The notes under the pieces are model-generated. The model was given only the letters and a program-made list of their open reading frames with translations, searched no databases and was not told where the DNA came from. Positions 1-10,465 of a stretch of DNA of 64,000 nt are shown one piece after another. This DNA is from a virus: IMG/VR virus record IMGVR_UViG_3300045988_115788; one strand, written 5' to 3'. Within the stretch, counting starts at the first letter, position 1; every line of letters starts with the position of its first letter. Made by a program: the position numbers and the translations under genes.

Positions 1-466
1 GACTCATATCCTCGTGAAATACCAATTTACCAACGCCGCCAACTTCAACGCCATTAAGTATGGTAAGAATAGAATTGATAAACAAATCACCTCGCGCTAC
101 TGGCGCACCATCCAGTTCAACTGTTGCCATCTTTCCACCAAACAAGAAATCAAAAGCAAATACTACATTAGCAGTATATAATTGAACAGGATGCACAAAA
201 TAAGTATACATTTTTAGAATACATTTTGATTCTGCTATTGCATCCTCAATTAAACTTGTTAGAAAAATATTATAATCTGCTTGCGGCCCATACTTACTAA
301 CCAAATCCATCTTTTCTTTAAAAGTAAGATTTGGTTGAGAAAGAGCATTATAATCAGGATACTTAATAATTTTCCACAAATTTTCTGCTTCAGTATCCTT
401 ACTTGTAGCAAGATAAGTCATTATTTTATAAGGGGCTGTAGGCAAAGCAGATAAACTATTATACAT
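1..466 (-). CDS. late-module structural protein, N-terminal part (gene continues beyond window start)
   Basis: ATG at 466-464 shortly after AGGAGG; frame open to position 1; directly follows 477..1748 on the same strand. Confidence 0.5.
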   Translation of the reverse strand, partial: MYNSLSALPTAPYKIMTYLATSKDTEAENLWKIIKYPDYNALSQPNLTFKEKMDLVSKYGPQADYNIFLTSLIEDAIAESKCILKMYTYFVHPVQLYTANVVFAFDFLFGGKMATVELDGAPVARGDLFINSILTILNGVEVGGVGKLVFHEDMS

Positions 467-476
467 ACATACCTCC

Positions 477-1748
477 TTATCCCATCATTGATACAAGTCG
501 CACACTTACTATTTTAATAATATCTCGCCCGTCTTGTAAATGAGCTTTGATATTTATATTATGTAACTGTCCATCACGTTTAATACATGTTGCCATAACA
601 GTATTTTTCGTAAATTTCAGTTCCAAATTTTTATCCTTAGTTGTTCCGTTGTCCAAAGTTGCAGAAATCTCAGCAGAAACTTCCTTGCCATCCACAAGAA
701 CTTGGACAACAAAGTATGCAGTGTCGTACTCTCTAATTTTAGTAGGACATGTCTTTAACTCAATATAAGGCTCAGTATTGACTTCTACTACTTTAATGGT
801 AATAGTTGTTTCCAAATCTCCAAAAATAGCAGAAACAACAGCAGAGCCAAGTTTTTTCGCCCAGTATCTACCAGTCTCATCAACAGTCACAACACTATCA
901 TCAGAAGAGCGCCACTTTATTTCACGCTTAACATCATCACCGTTTAATGTAACATTAGCATGAAGTTGTCCTGAACCAGAAGCCGCCACTTCAATGTTAT
1001 CTTCTGCGATTCTGAGTTCATAATTATATTCGCCATTATAGGCTACTTGCCGTTCAAAGTCATCTCTGGCATGTTTTTCATCAAGATATAAATCCAAATA
1101 TAAAATTTGAGAATCTTCTATACCTTCCTTATAAAGCAAAGCATTTTGATACCCATTTAATTTAAATGGTCTGCCACCAAGAATATATCTAGTATTAGTG
1201 ACAAATAAGCGCCTTGTGTCGCTATTAGATTGAACCATAACAGATGCATGGTTGTTTGGTGTCAACACATACATAGAAATTTGAGTAGCTGGTGAACCCA
1301 TATCATATTCTACCACACATGGAATTTCAAATATGCTGCCATCCATTGGGTCTACAATTCTTAAAGCATTGTTACATCGTCTTACCAAAGTGTCAGCAGG
1401 AATACCTTGAAACTTACTATAAAAATAAGCTAACCAATAATTATCATTAAAACGATAATATAGTCCTTGCGACAAACTATGGTTGATGTTTCTAAAGAAG
1501 AATTGAAGATAATCCTGGCCAGAGCGAGAGCCAGAAGTAGATGTCGCAATTACATTATTGACCCATGCCTCTATCTTATGGAAATTTAATTCTCCATAAC
1601 CATCTTGCTCTTCAATAGTGTAGCGAATACTTGTATTTTCCCAGTTATCGTCTATATATTCTTGTTCTAAATCGCGGTACTGCTCATTGGGGTCGCAACC
1701 AAATACGTTATTATCCAATGTATTTTCAAAATACTTGAGATTAAGCAC
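477..1748 (-). CDS. virion structural protein with C-terminal Ig-like (Big_2-type) repeats
   Basis: 423-aa ORF in late operon; C-terminal part has Ig-like signatures (SSDDSVVTVDETGRYWAKKLGSAVVSA...ITIKVV). Confidence 0.55.
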   Translation of the reverse strand: MLNLKYFENTLDNNVFGCDPNEQYRDLEQEYIDDNWENTSIRYTIEEQDGYGELNFHKIEAWVNNVIATSTSGSRSGQDYLQFFFRNINHSLSQGLYYRFNDNYWLAYFYSKFQGIPADTLVRRCNNALRIVDPMDGSIFEIPCVVEYDMGSPATQISMYVLTPNNHASVMVQSNSDTRRLFVTNTRYILGGRPFKLNGYQNALLYKEGIEDSQILYLDLYLDEKHARDDFERQVAYNGEYNYELRIAEDNIEVAASGSGQLHANVTLNGDDVKREIKWRSSDDSVVTVDETGRYWAKKLGSAVVSAIFGDLETTITIKVVEVNTEPYIELKTCPTKIREYDTAYFVVQVLVDGKEVSAEISATLDNGTTKDKNLELKFTKNTVMATCIKRDGQLHNINIKAHLQDGRDIIKIVSVRLVSMMG

Positions 1749-2010
1749 TTAACCCTTCCCCCTTTTTAATTAAATCTATCATGTGAAACACAATAGACCG
1801 AACAGTATCATGGGGAAGACGGTCGCGCCCATTATGAAGCCCCTGTAAAATTGCAGAGATTTCAACTTGATTTATTGCCTCATAAGTAAAATGAAGTCGT
1901 TCCAGATATTTAAGATAGTTGTCTAAATTAACTTCTGTTTCAGGTTTGCCTAGTTCTTCAAACAACAGAAGGATGGAATAAAGATTATAAATTTCTTTAG
2001 CTCTTGTCAT
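1741..2010 (-). CDS. hypothetical late-module protein
   Basis: 89-aa ORF, overlaps next gene by 8 nt; operon context only. Confidence 0.4.
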   Translation of the reverse strand: MTRAKEIYNLYSILLLFEELGKPETEVNLDNYLKYLERLHFTYEAINQVEISAILQGLHNGRDRLPHDTVRSIVFHMIDLIKKGEGLSA

Positions 2011-2020
2011 AAGTACCTCC

Positions 2021-2467
2021 TTACACTACAAAGTCGATACCAGACAAATCTTCTAATTGATAATCGGTAATTTTTTGATACACCTTTTCACGAATCTTGT
2101 CTTCATAAGCTGACTTCTCTTTTAATGCTTGTGCCGCACTATGGCTCTTAAAGGAACCACTAGCTTGTAGCTTACCATTAAACTGAGAAGCGTTTCTAAC
2201 TTCTCTTCCAAACCAACTTAGAATCCAAAAATCACCAAGAATAGAGATTTCAGTATCCGTAAGGTCAGACTTAAATTCTCTGTTTTCTAGGTCATATTCT
2301 AATGATTGCCGACATTGAAAGAAATTAGGAATAGCATCAATCAAAAAACCATCCATCTGTGTTTGAAATCTATCCAAGTCTTGATTATATAACTTTCTTA
2401 GCTTATAATCATTTACTGTAATAAGCGCACGGTCAATTACAGTGTCAAAAGAAGTGGGCATTATCAA
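2021..2467 (-). CDS. hypothetical head/neck-module protein
   Basis: 148-aa ORF, 4-nt overlap with upstream ORF (translational coupling). Confidence 0.45.
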   Translation of the reverse strand: MIMPTSFDTVIDRALITVNDYKLRKLYNQDLDRFQTQMDGFLIDAIPNFFQCRQSLEYDLENREFKSDLTDTEISILGDFWILSWFGREVRNASQFNGKLQASGSFKSHSAAQALKEKSAYEDKIREKVYQKITDYQLEDLSGIDFVV

Positions 2468-3093
2468 CCCTCCTCTTCAATAGGTTCGATAGAAATTAAA
2501 TCCTTACGACACAGCTTACCTAGTTCAATTAGAATATTGGCATCAATTTCTTGCCCATTTAGCTTCTTTTCAGACACCATATCAATAATAATTTGCTTTT
2601 GGGTATCATTAGCATTTTTATATACATCTACTACATGTCTTGCGTTCATAGACAGTAGTTCTTTTAGTTGTGCATCTGTAATTAAATGAGCATACACCGC
2701 TTCAAGATTATGTTCCTTAACAAATTGTGCATCTGCAATATAAACAATACCATTGCGGATAGCATTATTCATATTAGACAAAATTGCTTCTGCTTCAGAT
2801 TCCATAATAGAACGACTATTAAATTGGCCTTCAATCTTCCAAATGGTCGTACCTTTCAGAACAAGAGTACCAGGAACCATAGATACAAACGTAATTTCAC
2901 GATTAGACTTTGTGGCTTGTGTAGGTTTGTCACCCATCATTTGTGCCATCAAAGCCATCTGTGCTTTTAGTTCTTCTAGCTGTGCTTTAAGTTCTTCTTT
3001 TTCTTTATCAACAGTAGAAGTTTTTTCAGTCTTGACTTTAGTTTCTTCTACTGTATTTTCTACTTCAGATTCAGACTTCTTTCTATAAGCCAT
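2464..3093 (-). CDS. hypothetical protein with charged coiled-coil N-terminus
   Basis: 209-aa ORF just downstream of capsid candidate; KEELKAQLEELKAQMALMAQ heptad-like stretch. Confidence 0.45.
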   Translation of the reverse strand: MAYRKKSESEVENTVEETKVKTEKTSTVDKEKEELKAQLEELKAQMALMAQMMGDKPTQATKSNREITFVSMVPGTLVLKGTTIWKIEGQFNSRSIMESEAEAILSNMNNAIRNGIVYIADAQFVKEHNLEAVYAHLITDAQLKELLSMNARHVVDVYKNANDTQKQIIIDMVSEKKLNGQEIDANILIELGKLCRKDLISIEPIEEEG

Positions 3094-3134
3094 TATTTTC
3101 TCCTTTTATAATCCTTTTATTCCTATATGCTTAA

Positions 3135-4175
3135 TTAAGCATCAATATTATAGACTCCTGCGTGTGCGGCACTTGCGTAAACAAAGTTAAATGCGCGGCG
3201 ATAAGTCTGATTGCTGGTAAGGTCAGCGTTATCGAAGAACTGATTACCGTTCTGGAAGCCAGCAGTCATAACGCCCTTAACAAGCTTATCCTGAGAAGGA
3301 GAAACAACAAAAATCTTGTTATCAGGTAGGATTAGCTTGCCAGCGGGAGAAACTGCGTTGTCTAGCTTCATTACAGTATAACCCATAATGGACTTTAGAA
3401 GCTCGATACGACCATTACCTTCGCCATCAACATTTAGACGATAGCCAGAAGTAGAATCAGGAATAACATTCATTAGAGCAGTAGCAGAGCCACAGATAAT
3501 AGGTCTTACACCAGAGTTGCGATACTGAACAGTTTCACACATCTGAACTAGAGTCTTCATATCAAAGGCACCAGTAACATTCTGAGCACCAACAGGAATA
3601 GATTCTAGGCCAGTCATTAGAGCACCTAGAGCATCGTCATACATAGCGTTCTCTAGGGAACGTACAACTAGGGTAAACATATCAGTAGGAGATTCCTTGC
3701 CAGACATAACACGGAACCAATCAGTATAAACAGTAATAATATGGTCGATAGGAGCCACAACCAGGTCAGTGTTATACTTCTTCTGTCTATGAGTGGTTCT
3801 CTCGCCATTTGCGCTCAGAGAAACAGTGTAAAAGCTATTAGGTTTGATGGTGAACTTGGTAATATCACCAGGAGCCTGAGTACGGAAATCGGCAAAAATA
3901 CCAAACTGAGGTAGAATGGTAGTAGGAATAATAGCATCAATTACAGCATCACGAACGGCAAAATAAGCCCACTGAACAGAGGGATTACTTGCCCAAGCCA
4001 TAGAATCAAGACCTTCACGAGAAACACCAGACTTACGTTCAATCTCAGAGAAGAAAGCCATATCTAGTAGATTCTTGTTCTCCTGAGACTGTTGCTTGTC
4101 GCAAAAATAAGAGACTGCGGCTTCATAAAAATCAGTCTTACCATCGGAGAACTTAATTAGTTCATTACTTAGCAT
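3135..4175 (-). CDS. major capsid protein candidate
   Basis: 346-aa ORF downstream of protease/scaffold; locally higher GC and biased codons as in highly expressed genes; call from position and size. Confidence 0.6.
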   Translation of the reverse strand: MLSNELIKFSDGKTDFYEAAVSYFCDKQQSQENKNLLDMAFFSEIERKSGVSREGLDSMAWASNPSVQWAYFAVRDAVIDAIIPTTILPQFGIFADFRTQAPGDITKFTIKPNSFYTVSLSANGERTTHRQKKYNTDLVVAPIDHIITVYTDWFRVMSGKESPTDMFTLVVRSLENAMYDDALGALMTGLESIPVGAQNVTGAFDMKTLVQMCETVQYRNSGVRPIICGSATALMNVIPDSTSGYRLNVDGEGNGRIELLKSIMGYTVMKLDNAVSPAGKLILPDNKIFVVSPSQDKLVKGVMTAGFQNGNQFFDNADLTSNQTYRRAFNFVYASAAHAGVYNIDA

Positions 4176-4204
4176 AATATATCAACACTCCTTTCTTTCT
4201 ATAA

Positions 4205-4768
4205 TTATAGCTGGTTAGCCATACAACGTAGTAGAACAGTAGGTACAATTTCATTGCCGCAAGCAATAGAATGTAGACCTTCTACCTTAAAATAAGCGCC
4301 AGAACTAGGAGCTTCAGCGACAGGAGCGGCATACTTACCGTTTGCGGCAGGAGCAACATACTGACCAATCTGAGCTAGAGTGGGTAGAGTTTCACCTACA
4401 AAAGCTTCCTTAGTAATTTCTAGCACATCAACACCAGACATAATAGCCTTGATGGACATGGGGCGACCGGCTTCATTATAGAAGTAACGAGGGTCAGACA
4501 TCATTTGCATTTCAATAGTATAACCAACTTCAGGGGTATTTACTACATATACATTGTTAGCCCCAGCCTTTGCGGGTTCAACAATATATTCAAAACCCTT
4601 AACTGCACCAGAAGTGCTATCATGATTGATTTCCTTTAGAGTAACTAGCGTACCATTATCTAGGTCGCCACCCGCATAAATACCAGCGTGATTTAGTGCA
4701 TCAACATCCCAGCACATGCAGTTCATCGTACTCACTACACAGTGATTCTTAGCCATATACGAAATCAT
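4205..4768 (-). CDS. hypothetical capsid-associated (decoration-like) protein
   Basis: 187-aa ORF between scaffold and capsid genes; real start may be the MAKNH methionine near 4753. Confidence 0.4.
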   Translation of the reverse strand: MISYMAKNHCVVSTMNCMCWDVDALNHAGIYAGGDLDNGTLVTLKEINHDSTSGAVKGFEYIVEPAKAGANNVYVVNTPEVGYTIEMQMMSDPRYFYNEAGRPMSIKAIMSGVDVLEITKEAFVGETLPTLAQIGQYVAPAANGKYAAPVAEAPSSGAYFKVEGLHSIACGNEIVPTVLLRCMANQL

Positions 4769-4791
4769 TCCTTTCTATATAAATTTTATTA

Positions 4792-6342
4792 TTAAATATT
4801 TTTCTTTAGGCGTTCCCAAACATTCTTAGGCTCGTCCTGAGATGGAGCAACAGGAGCAGAGAAAGACCAAATACTCTTCTTTTCCTTCTTGCCCTTAGAA
4901 GCTTCAAAAGATACGGCTTTAGCTTTATTCGTCCAACCATCAATTTCAGAGAACTTACACGCCATGCCTTCTGCCTTTAGAGATTCAAACTGTTCAGAAT
5001 TAACAAAGGGTTTAATTTCTTCAAGAGTTGCGGCAACAGCCATATTTCTCTTCTCTTCTTCCACGCCAGCCTTAAAAGCTCTTAGCTCTTCAAGCTCTTT
5101 GTCCTTTTCCATAATAATAGCGTCCTTATCCTCAATGTCCTTCTGTAGTTTTGCAATATCACACATAGCTACATCTTCAGACATCTTCTTTTCTTCGGGT
5201 TCGGACATTTTTTCATCTTCATCCTTGTTTTTATCTTTTTCAGAATCAGACTTGTCTTCGGGTGTAGGTTCAGCCATCTTTTCGGGTTCCTCAAGCTTAT
5301 TTAGCTTATCTTTATCTTCCATTTTAGCTTCACCCTCCTTTCCATTATCATCTAGTCCTAAAGACTTATAGATTTTATTTAGTTTATTGATAACTTCTGT
5401 CTCATTATGTTGTCTAGCATAAGCCAGAGCGCTTGCTAGTGCATTTCTATTATACACTACACTATCACCCTTAATTTGCATTACAGGATAACCTAGCTTC
5501 TCAGAAGGGGCTTCCTGCCACCCAGATTCAACTTTTAGATAAACATCATTAACAAGACTAGAAGCATTTTTAGCTTCAGTAATCTTCTTTCTTAAATCAG
5601 ACTTGTTCACATCTGACCAATCTGCATTAGAAAGAGATTCTTTAGACTTATCTACTTTATAACTTTTCTTTTCTTCCATTTGAACTTTCCTTTGATTTGA
5701 AAATTGTTCTAATTGAGTAGGATGCTTTTGTAATTCATTAAAGAAATTATTAGCTTCTTCTGAGAATCGAATAAGATTTATTTCTGCGTTTCTATCGCTA
5801 GGATTTACATAACGGCCAAGCACAGTCACGCCAAAAATATCAAAAGAAATAGGATTTACCTTTTCAATATCATCTTCTGCGAATTGACAAGTCATTTCTA
5901 TGGACACAGCTCTGTGGTTATGAGCTTTAAAAGCTTCATAAGCGTTATTAGCATACATTTTACTAAATACTGCATAAGCCCAAGCTTTGGTTACTGGTAC
6001 ACCGTTAACTTCTGTTTCTTCAAACTCGACTTCTTTCTCAACAGGAAAATAACCAATAGGTATTTCATCCCGTTCGTGCCCCATAAAATCATTTCCGAAC
6101 ATTCTTCCTACAAGAAATTGTCCGCGAACTGTACCCGCGTCTCTTCGCAAAATTTCATCCGTAATATTAAAGCCATGAGCATTTGGCCCCGTACTTAAAA
6201 TACAGACTTTTGCTATAGCAAACTTTTCATCATCATACTCTTGGAAATTCTCAATAATAGAATCATATTCAAAAGAGATTTTCTTTTCCAACAAATCCAC
6301 CTCCCTTCCCAGAGAGTTATTCTCCAATTTCTTCAATATCAA
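4792..6342 (-). CDS. prohead protease / scaffold fusion candidate
   Basis: 516 aa; globular N-terminal ~200 aa then a very long Lys/Glu/Asp-rich coiled region; sits between portal and capsid. Confidence 0.5.
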   Translation of the reverse strand: MILKKLENNSLGREVDLLEKKISFEYDSIIENFQEYDDEKFAIAKVCILSTGPNAHGFNITDEILRRDAGTVRGQFLVGRMFGNDFMGHERDEIPIGYFPVEKEVEFEETEVNGVPVTKAWAYAVFSKMYANNAYEAFKAHNHRAVSIEMTCQFAEDDIEKVNPISFDIFGVTVLGRYVNPSDRNAEINLIRFSEEANNFFNELQKHPTQLEQFSNQRKVQMEEKKSYKVDKSKESLSNADWSDVNKSDLRKKITEAKNASSLVNDVYLKVESGWQEAPSEKLGYPVMQIKGDSVVYNRNALASALAYARQHNETEVINKLNKIYKSLGLDDNGKEGEAKMEDKDKLNKLEEPEKMAEPTPEDKSDSEKDKNKDEDEKMSEPEEKKMSEDVAMCDIAKLQKDIEDKDAIIMEKDKELEELRAFKAGVEEEKRNMAVAATLEEIKPFVNSEQFESLKAEGMACKFSEIDGWTNKAKAVSFEASKGKKEKKSIWSFSAPVAPSQDEPKNVWERLKKNI

Positions 6343-6532
6343 TCCCTAATTTTTTGACAATTTTTAGGGTCTTTTTATTCTTTTTAAACCACAAAGTTCC
6401 ATCACCGCTTTTAAATTTAGGCACACAACCGGCTTGATGAAGATAAAAAGCATCATCGCCATCTAATGCAATATAATTAGTATAATCGCTAGGTTCACCT
6501 AATACTACCATTATTTGTCCCCCAAAATCCAA
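6317..6532 (-). CDS. hypothetical protein
   Basis: 71-aa ORF overlapping both neighbours in the operon. Confidence 0.35.
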   Translation of the reverse strand: MDFGGQIMVVLGEPSDYTNYIALDGDDAFYLHQAGCVPKFKSGDGTLWFKKNKKTLKIVKKLGIDIEEIGE

Positions 6533-7017
6533 AACGTAGAAATATCATGGTCAAAAGCCATTGCATTACTTCCATAAGCCTTAATCTTATCATGTAACAA
6601 GATAAGCTGTTCTACAATATTATTATAACCTCGAAGAATTTCAATAAGGTCACTATATACATGAATATCATTATTATCACAAGAAATTTTACAAGCCCCC
6701 ATGATGGCAATTTGAAATTCAATACTTCTAGCTTTCATTCTCGCAATAATTTCTTCTACGCTATTGTAATTCTCTTCTGCGGCAGGAGTCGCACCATATT
6801 TAACAGAAATGTTATATCGCTCTAAACATCTCGCTCCAAAATCATCAGCCAATGCAGGAAAAGCATGGGCAATGTTTTTATGAATTAGTTCGGCGCTATT
6901 ACTACAAGCAAAATCAACGCCAAGAACTGAAACCATTCTATCAAATGCACGGTTTTCTTCAAAGCATTTCTTAATCAGCTCTGTAACAGCTTGAATAGTA
7001 TTCTCACTTACAATCAT
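6511..7017 (-). CDS. hypothetical protein
   Basis: 168-aa ORF with GAGGGA-type SD; follows a 210-bp intergenic gap after the portal gene. Confidence 0.45.
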   Translation of the reverse strand: MIVSENTIQAVTELIKKCFEENRAFDRMVSVLGVDFACSNSAELIHKNIAHAFPALADDFGARCLERYNISVKYGATPAAEENYNSVEEIIARMKARSIEFQIAIMGACKISCDNNDIHVYSDLIEILRGYNNIVEQLILLHDKIKAYGSNAMAFDHDISTFWILGDK

Positions 7018-7228
7018 ATTTATCCCTCATTATAAATTAAAAAAATTTCTGAATAATTTTTTTACAATTCCAACGCATTATTACTACGCAATCACGTACA
7101 TCAATGCCGCCAGAAAAACACTGTCTATCCACAGAATTTTGTGTTCACAAAAATTATCCCAAACTTCCACAAAAGCATCTAAAATCTTTTGCTTTTTTGT
7201 CACTAATTTGGTATATTTTATCTTCCAA

Positions 7229-8698
7229 TTATTCATCAGGCATCAAATCCTCTCTTGAATCTGAACCAGAATCAGTTAAGGTATCATCAGCAATTCTAGG
7301 TCTGCCGCCTTCGCCGCCGCCCACCTGTTGACCAATATTGACATTAGCCATTAGCTGGCTATACTCATCTACCCAACCGCTAGATTTAGATTCTTGAAGC
7401 ATCTTTTCAAAATAGACAGGATTATACCCCAACACAGAAGCCCAAGCACTAGGCGGTAACACAAGACCTTTATCAGCAACTTTAGTTAGTTGGTCAAATC
7501 GTCTATTTCTTTCGTGTGCATAATTACTGCCATCAAAAATAAAATGGAATTTATACTTGCTAGTCAGTCTATTAGCATAAAAATCCATAAAATTCTCAAA
7601 CTGACCATAAACAGGACGTACAGTATTATAAACTTCATCTAATGCCGCTTGCAATTCTGCGTTAGACATTCTGTCAGAAGAATAAATAACACGACTAATG
7701 TTACTTCCAAGTCCAGCACTAATAGTTAATTGTTTTTCATAACTATCACTGTTAGTATCTTGAAATTGATACCATTTAGTGTTTTCTGTTGGAAGTGCCG
7801 CAAGTTTAACTGTTTCGCCTAAACCAGCTTTAGCTTTAGTCATAAATGCACCAACACTCTTTGGGTCAATAGCAAATTGATTAGCTTTGGTGCCACTCTT
7901 AGCATTATCAAACAGTCTTAATTCACCAGCAAGAATAGCGTGTGCCGCCGCAATGTCTTTGTTATACTGTAAAGCCCCAATTTCTTCATTTCTTAGAACA
8001 TCTTTTATATAAGGTGCTAAGAAAGGAACAGAATTAAAATTAGAGGTGTCAAACTTAAAGGCAAAAGCTCCATCACTGGGGTCAACATCGGCCCATAGAG
8101 CAAACTGGCCATCTCGATTACCAATACTTGCAGAAGGAATATAGGGCGCACCCTTGGCCTCCATAGTACGAATAAAAGTTTTCTTTAAGCTAGGGTCATA
8201 AGTATCAATATCTACACCGGCTTGAAGAAAATAATTCATGTTCATTGACCATAAAAGACCTCTATCAAAATATCCAGTCAACATACAATATTGTTGCGGC
8301 ATAACTTGTAAACAATATCTTGCTTTGCGCCCATTACCTGCTTTACTTTTTCTTAACCAAGTAAAATAGGTTTCATTAACAATGATGTTTTGTAATACAC
8401 GTCTAAATTCAGTTTTATAATCAAAATGAGTTATAAAATCTTCAATTTTCTTTTTGTCTTTTTTATATTGTGAAGTATTATAATCTGAAATATCTTCTGC
8501 ATTGATACATACTATTTGCATATCAAAAGACAAAGCATTTGCATAAGATAGTGCAACACGTTTAAACAACATATCGAAGTTCATCATATAAGCACTATAA
8601 TCTTGCAAATTTTGTTCATTTGCTTTATACTCGTTAAGAGCTTTTTTAATATCAATAGATGTCGGAATACTTGAACCATTGTTCAGTTCTTTCATCAA
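7229..8698 (-). CDS. portal protein candidate (frame open upstream to 8812)
   Basis: 489-aa ORF immediately downstream of the large terminase; acidic C-terminal tail; call from position and size. Confidence 0.6.
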   Translation of the reverse strand: MMKELNNGSSIPTSIDIKKALNEYKANEQNLQDYSAYMMNFDMLFKRVALSYANALSFDMQIVCINAEDISDYNTSQYKKDKKKIEDFITHFDYKTEFRRVLQNIIVNETYFTWLRKSKAGNGRKARYCLQVMPQQYCMLTGYFDRGLLWSMNMNYFLQAGVDIDTYDPSLKKTFIRTMEAKGAPYIPSASIGNRDGQFALWADVDPSDGAFAFKFDTSNFNSVPFLAPYIKDVLRNEEIGALQYNKDIAAAHAILAGELRLFDNAKSGTKANQFAIDPKSVGAFMTKAKAGLGETVKLAALPTENTKWYQFQDTNSDSYEKQLTISAGLGSNISRVIYSSDRMSNAELQAALDEVYNTVRPVYGQFENFMDFYANRLTSKYKFHFIFDGSNYAHERNRRFDQLTKVADKGLVLPPSAWASVLGYNPVYFEKMLQESKSSGWVDEYSQLMANVNIGQQVGGGEGGRPRIADDTLTDSGSDSREDLMPDE

Positions 8699-8836
8699 CT
8701 GATTGGATAACTGAGGATTAAATGCACTCCATCCATACTTCTCACCAAGATAAAGACCCTGTGCAAATTCTACAACATCTCTTACCTCAGTCTCATTTAA
8801 ATACTTTTCCAGTCTCTACACCTCCTCTCATATAAT

Positions 8837-10153
8837 TTACCATACACATTGAATATCATCAATATTCAAATCGTAATCAAACAACTGTTTGTTCCATGCG
8901 TTCTCAATTAAGTCAAACACATGGTTGGCATAACTTAAAACCACAATACGGTCTTTCTTTTTGTTTCTACGTTCAGACAATATAACTTTGTCCATCTTGA
9001 TAGTAGTTTGTAGATTGATAGCTTCATCAATTAAATCTTCTGTCTCGTTAAATGGCATAAGTTTATCAATATATTGTTCTGAAGTAAGTTCAAAATACTC
9101 TCCACTATCTTCCATCAAAGTTCGTTTCGTTTCAAGAGGACAAAGAAATCTAAACGTATTAGCTTCTAATTGTTTTTTCAAAGATACCCAGTTCATACTA
9201 TTAAACTCAGTTGTACCAATAATTGGTATAATACATTTAATAGCAAGTGGGTCAACAGTACGCATTACCAAGTCTTCTTGCTTTGCAGGTGGTATATCCA
9301 TATATTGACGATTATCGGTCAAAGTCAAACCATGAGAATCCCAATTATTACCACGCTCTTCACAATCTTGCGGTTCAGTAAGTTTATTATAAATAACTTC
9401 TCCGCCCGAACGCTGGTCAATAACAACATAGTCAGCGTCATAATCTGCTCTAAGCTTCTTAATTCTTAATGCCGCACCAAGACCATCTCCACCAGGATAT
9501 GTTTCAAGATAATCGACATGACGTTCAAAATGATTTTTCTTCCAGTGTCCAGAAATACACATCATAATAGTGTTGTCCGATTTATGCGCTCCTGTCGAAT
9601 TTGTAAAAGCAAAGTCAACCACAACTAATCTTACTTCATTTTCATCTTTAGGCGGATTTCTGCCTTTGTCTAATCCTGTTAAAACTTCCATATCGGTAGG
9701 TGGCATAAAAGCATTTTCCAGCTTCTGATTTTTCTTAAAAGGAGCAAGAGAGAAAAACGAATCTTCATTTTCGCCTACTGCTTCATTAAGGTATTCAATT
9801 CTGAAATTCAACTCAGTGCTGTTTTTCTTAGCTCTTTTAATGTCACCTATCGTTTTCAATCCATTATTTAAAGTGGTAAAAATATCTGCCGCATAAATAT
9901 TGTATTTAATATGTTTATCAGTATAATACCCAGTAACATACTCGGTAAATGTGCGATACCACCATTCAAATTTATATCCAGAAGAAGTCAAAAAATAAGT
10001 TTTTGATTGTTCTACCCATCTTGGATTTTTTACATATATTTGTTTATCTAAATATATAGGTTGTCGAGGATATAGCATCGGCTCGAAAATGGAATCAACA
10101 TCGGATTTCTTTAATAATCGACATTCGTCATAAAAGAGAAAATTGGCGCGAGA
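8837..10153 (-). CDS. terL: terminase large subunit, exon 2 (Walker B + nuclease domain)
   Basis: Begins SRANFLFYDEC (hhhhDE Walker B); later VVVDFAFT and VVIDQRSGG acidic strands typical of the RNaseH-like nuclease. Confidence 0.75.
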   Translation of the reverse strand, partial: SRANFLFYDECRLLKKSDVDSIFEPMLYPRQPIYLDKQIYVKNPRWVEQSKTYFLTSSGYKFEWWYRTFTEYVTGYYTDKHIKYNIYAADIFTTLNNGLKTIGDIKRAKKNSTELNFRIEYLNEAVGENEDSFFSLAPFKKNQKLENAFMPPTDMEVLTGLDKGRNPPKDENEVRLVVVDFAFTNSTGAHKSDNTIMMCISGHWKKNHFERHVDYLETYPGGDGLGAALRIKKLRADYDADYVVIDQRSGGEVIYNKLTEPQDCEERGNNWDSHGLTLTDNRQYMDIPPAKQEDLVMRTVDPLAIKCIIPIIGTTEFNSMNWVSLKKQLEANTFRFLCPLETKRTLMEDSGEYFELTSEQYIDKLMPFNETEDLIDEAINLQTTIKMDKVILSERRNKKKDRIVVLSYANHVFDLIENAWNKQLFDYDLNIDDIQCVW

Positions 10154-10465
10154 CAATAATGTTATCGTATAAACTTTTTATTTTATACTTCTTACAGTTC
10201 GTTTCCTGCAAGTTCGGCATATCTTTTCATCCCATAGGGAGTCGGGAACTCTTGCGAACATTATATTCTTCTTTCAAAGTTTCAGTTCGTATGCTCTGCA
10301 TGTGACTGCGCTTTTAAACACAGCCTTCCATTCGGATTGGCATTTCAGCTTCCCCGCTTCTTTCCCGATTTGTAACTATTTGTTGCCAAATAGAGAGGCA
10401 ATCGCTATTTTCTCTTATTTTTTTGCATCTCTCGATTTATTTATATAATGTTATAATTGTCATTT
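10154..10465 (-). mobile_element. probable ORF-less group I intron in terL (boundaries tentative)
   Basis: 312-nt gap between two terL fragments; GC-richer than flanks; ends in G; contains GAAAAGAUAUGCC (J8/7-like) and GCCUCU complementary to exon end AGAGGU. Confidence 0.5.

Noticed and set aside
7126-7136. DnaA-box-like CTATCCACA in the portal-downstream gap
   Set aside because: It is a single imperfect copy with no cluster or adjacent AT-rich unwinding element, so probably chance.
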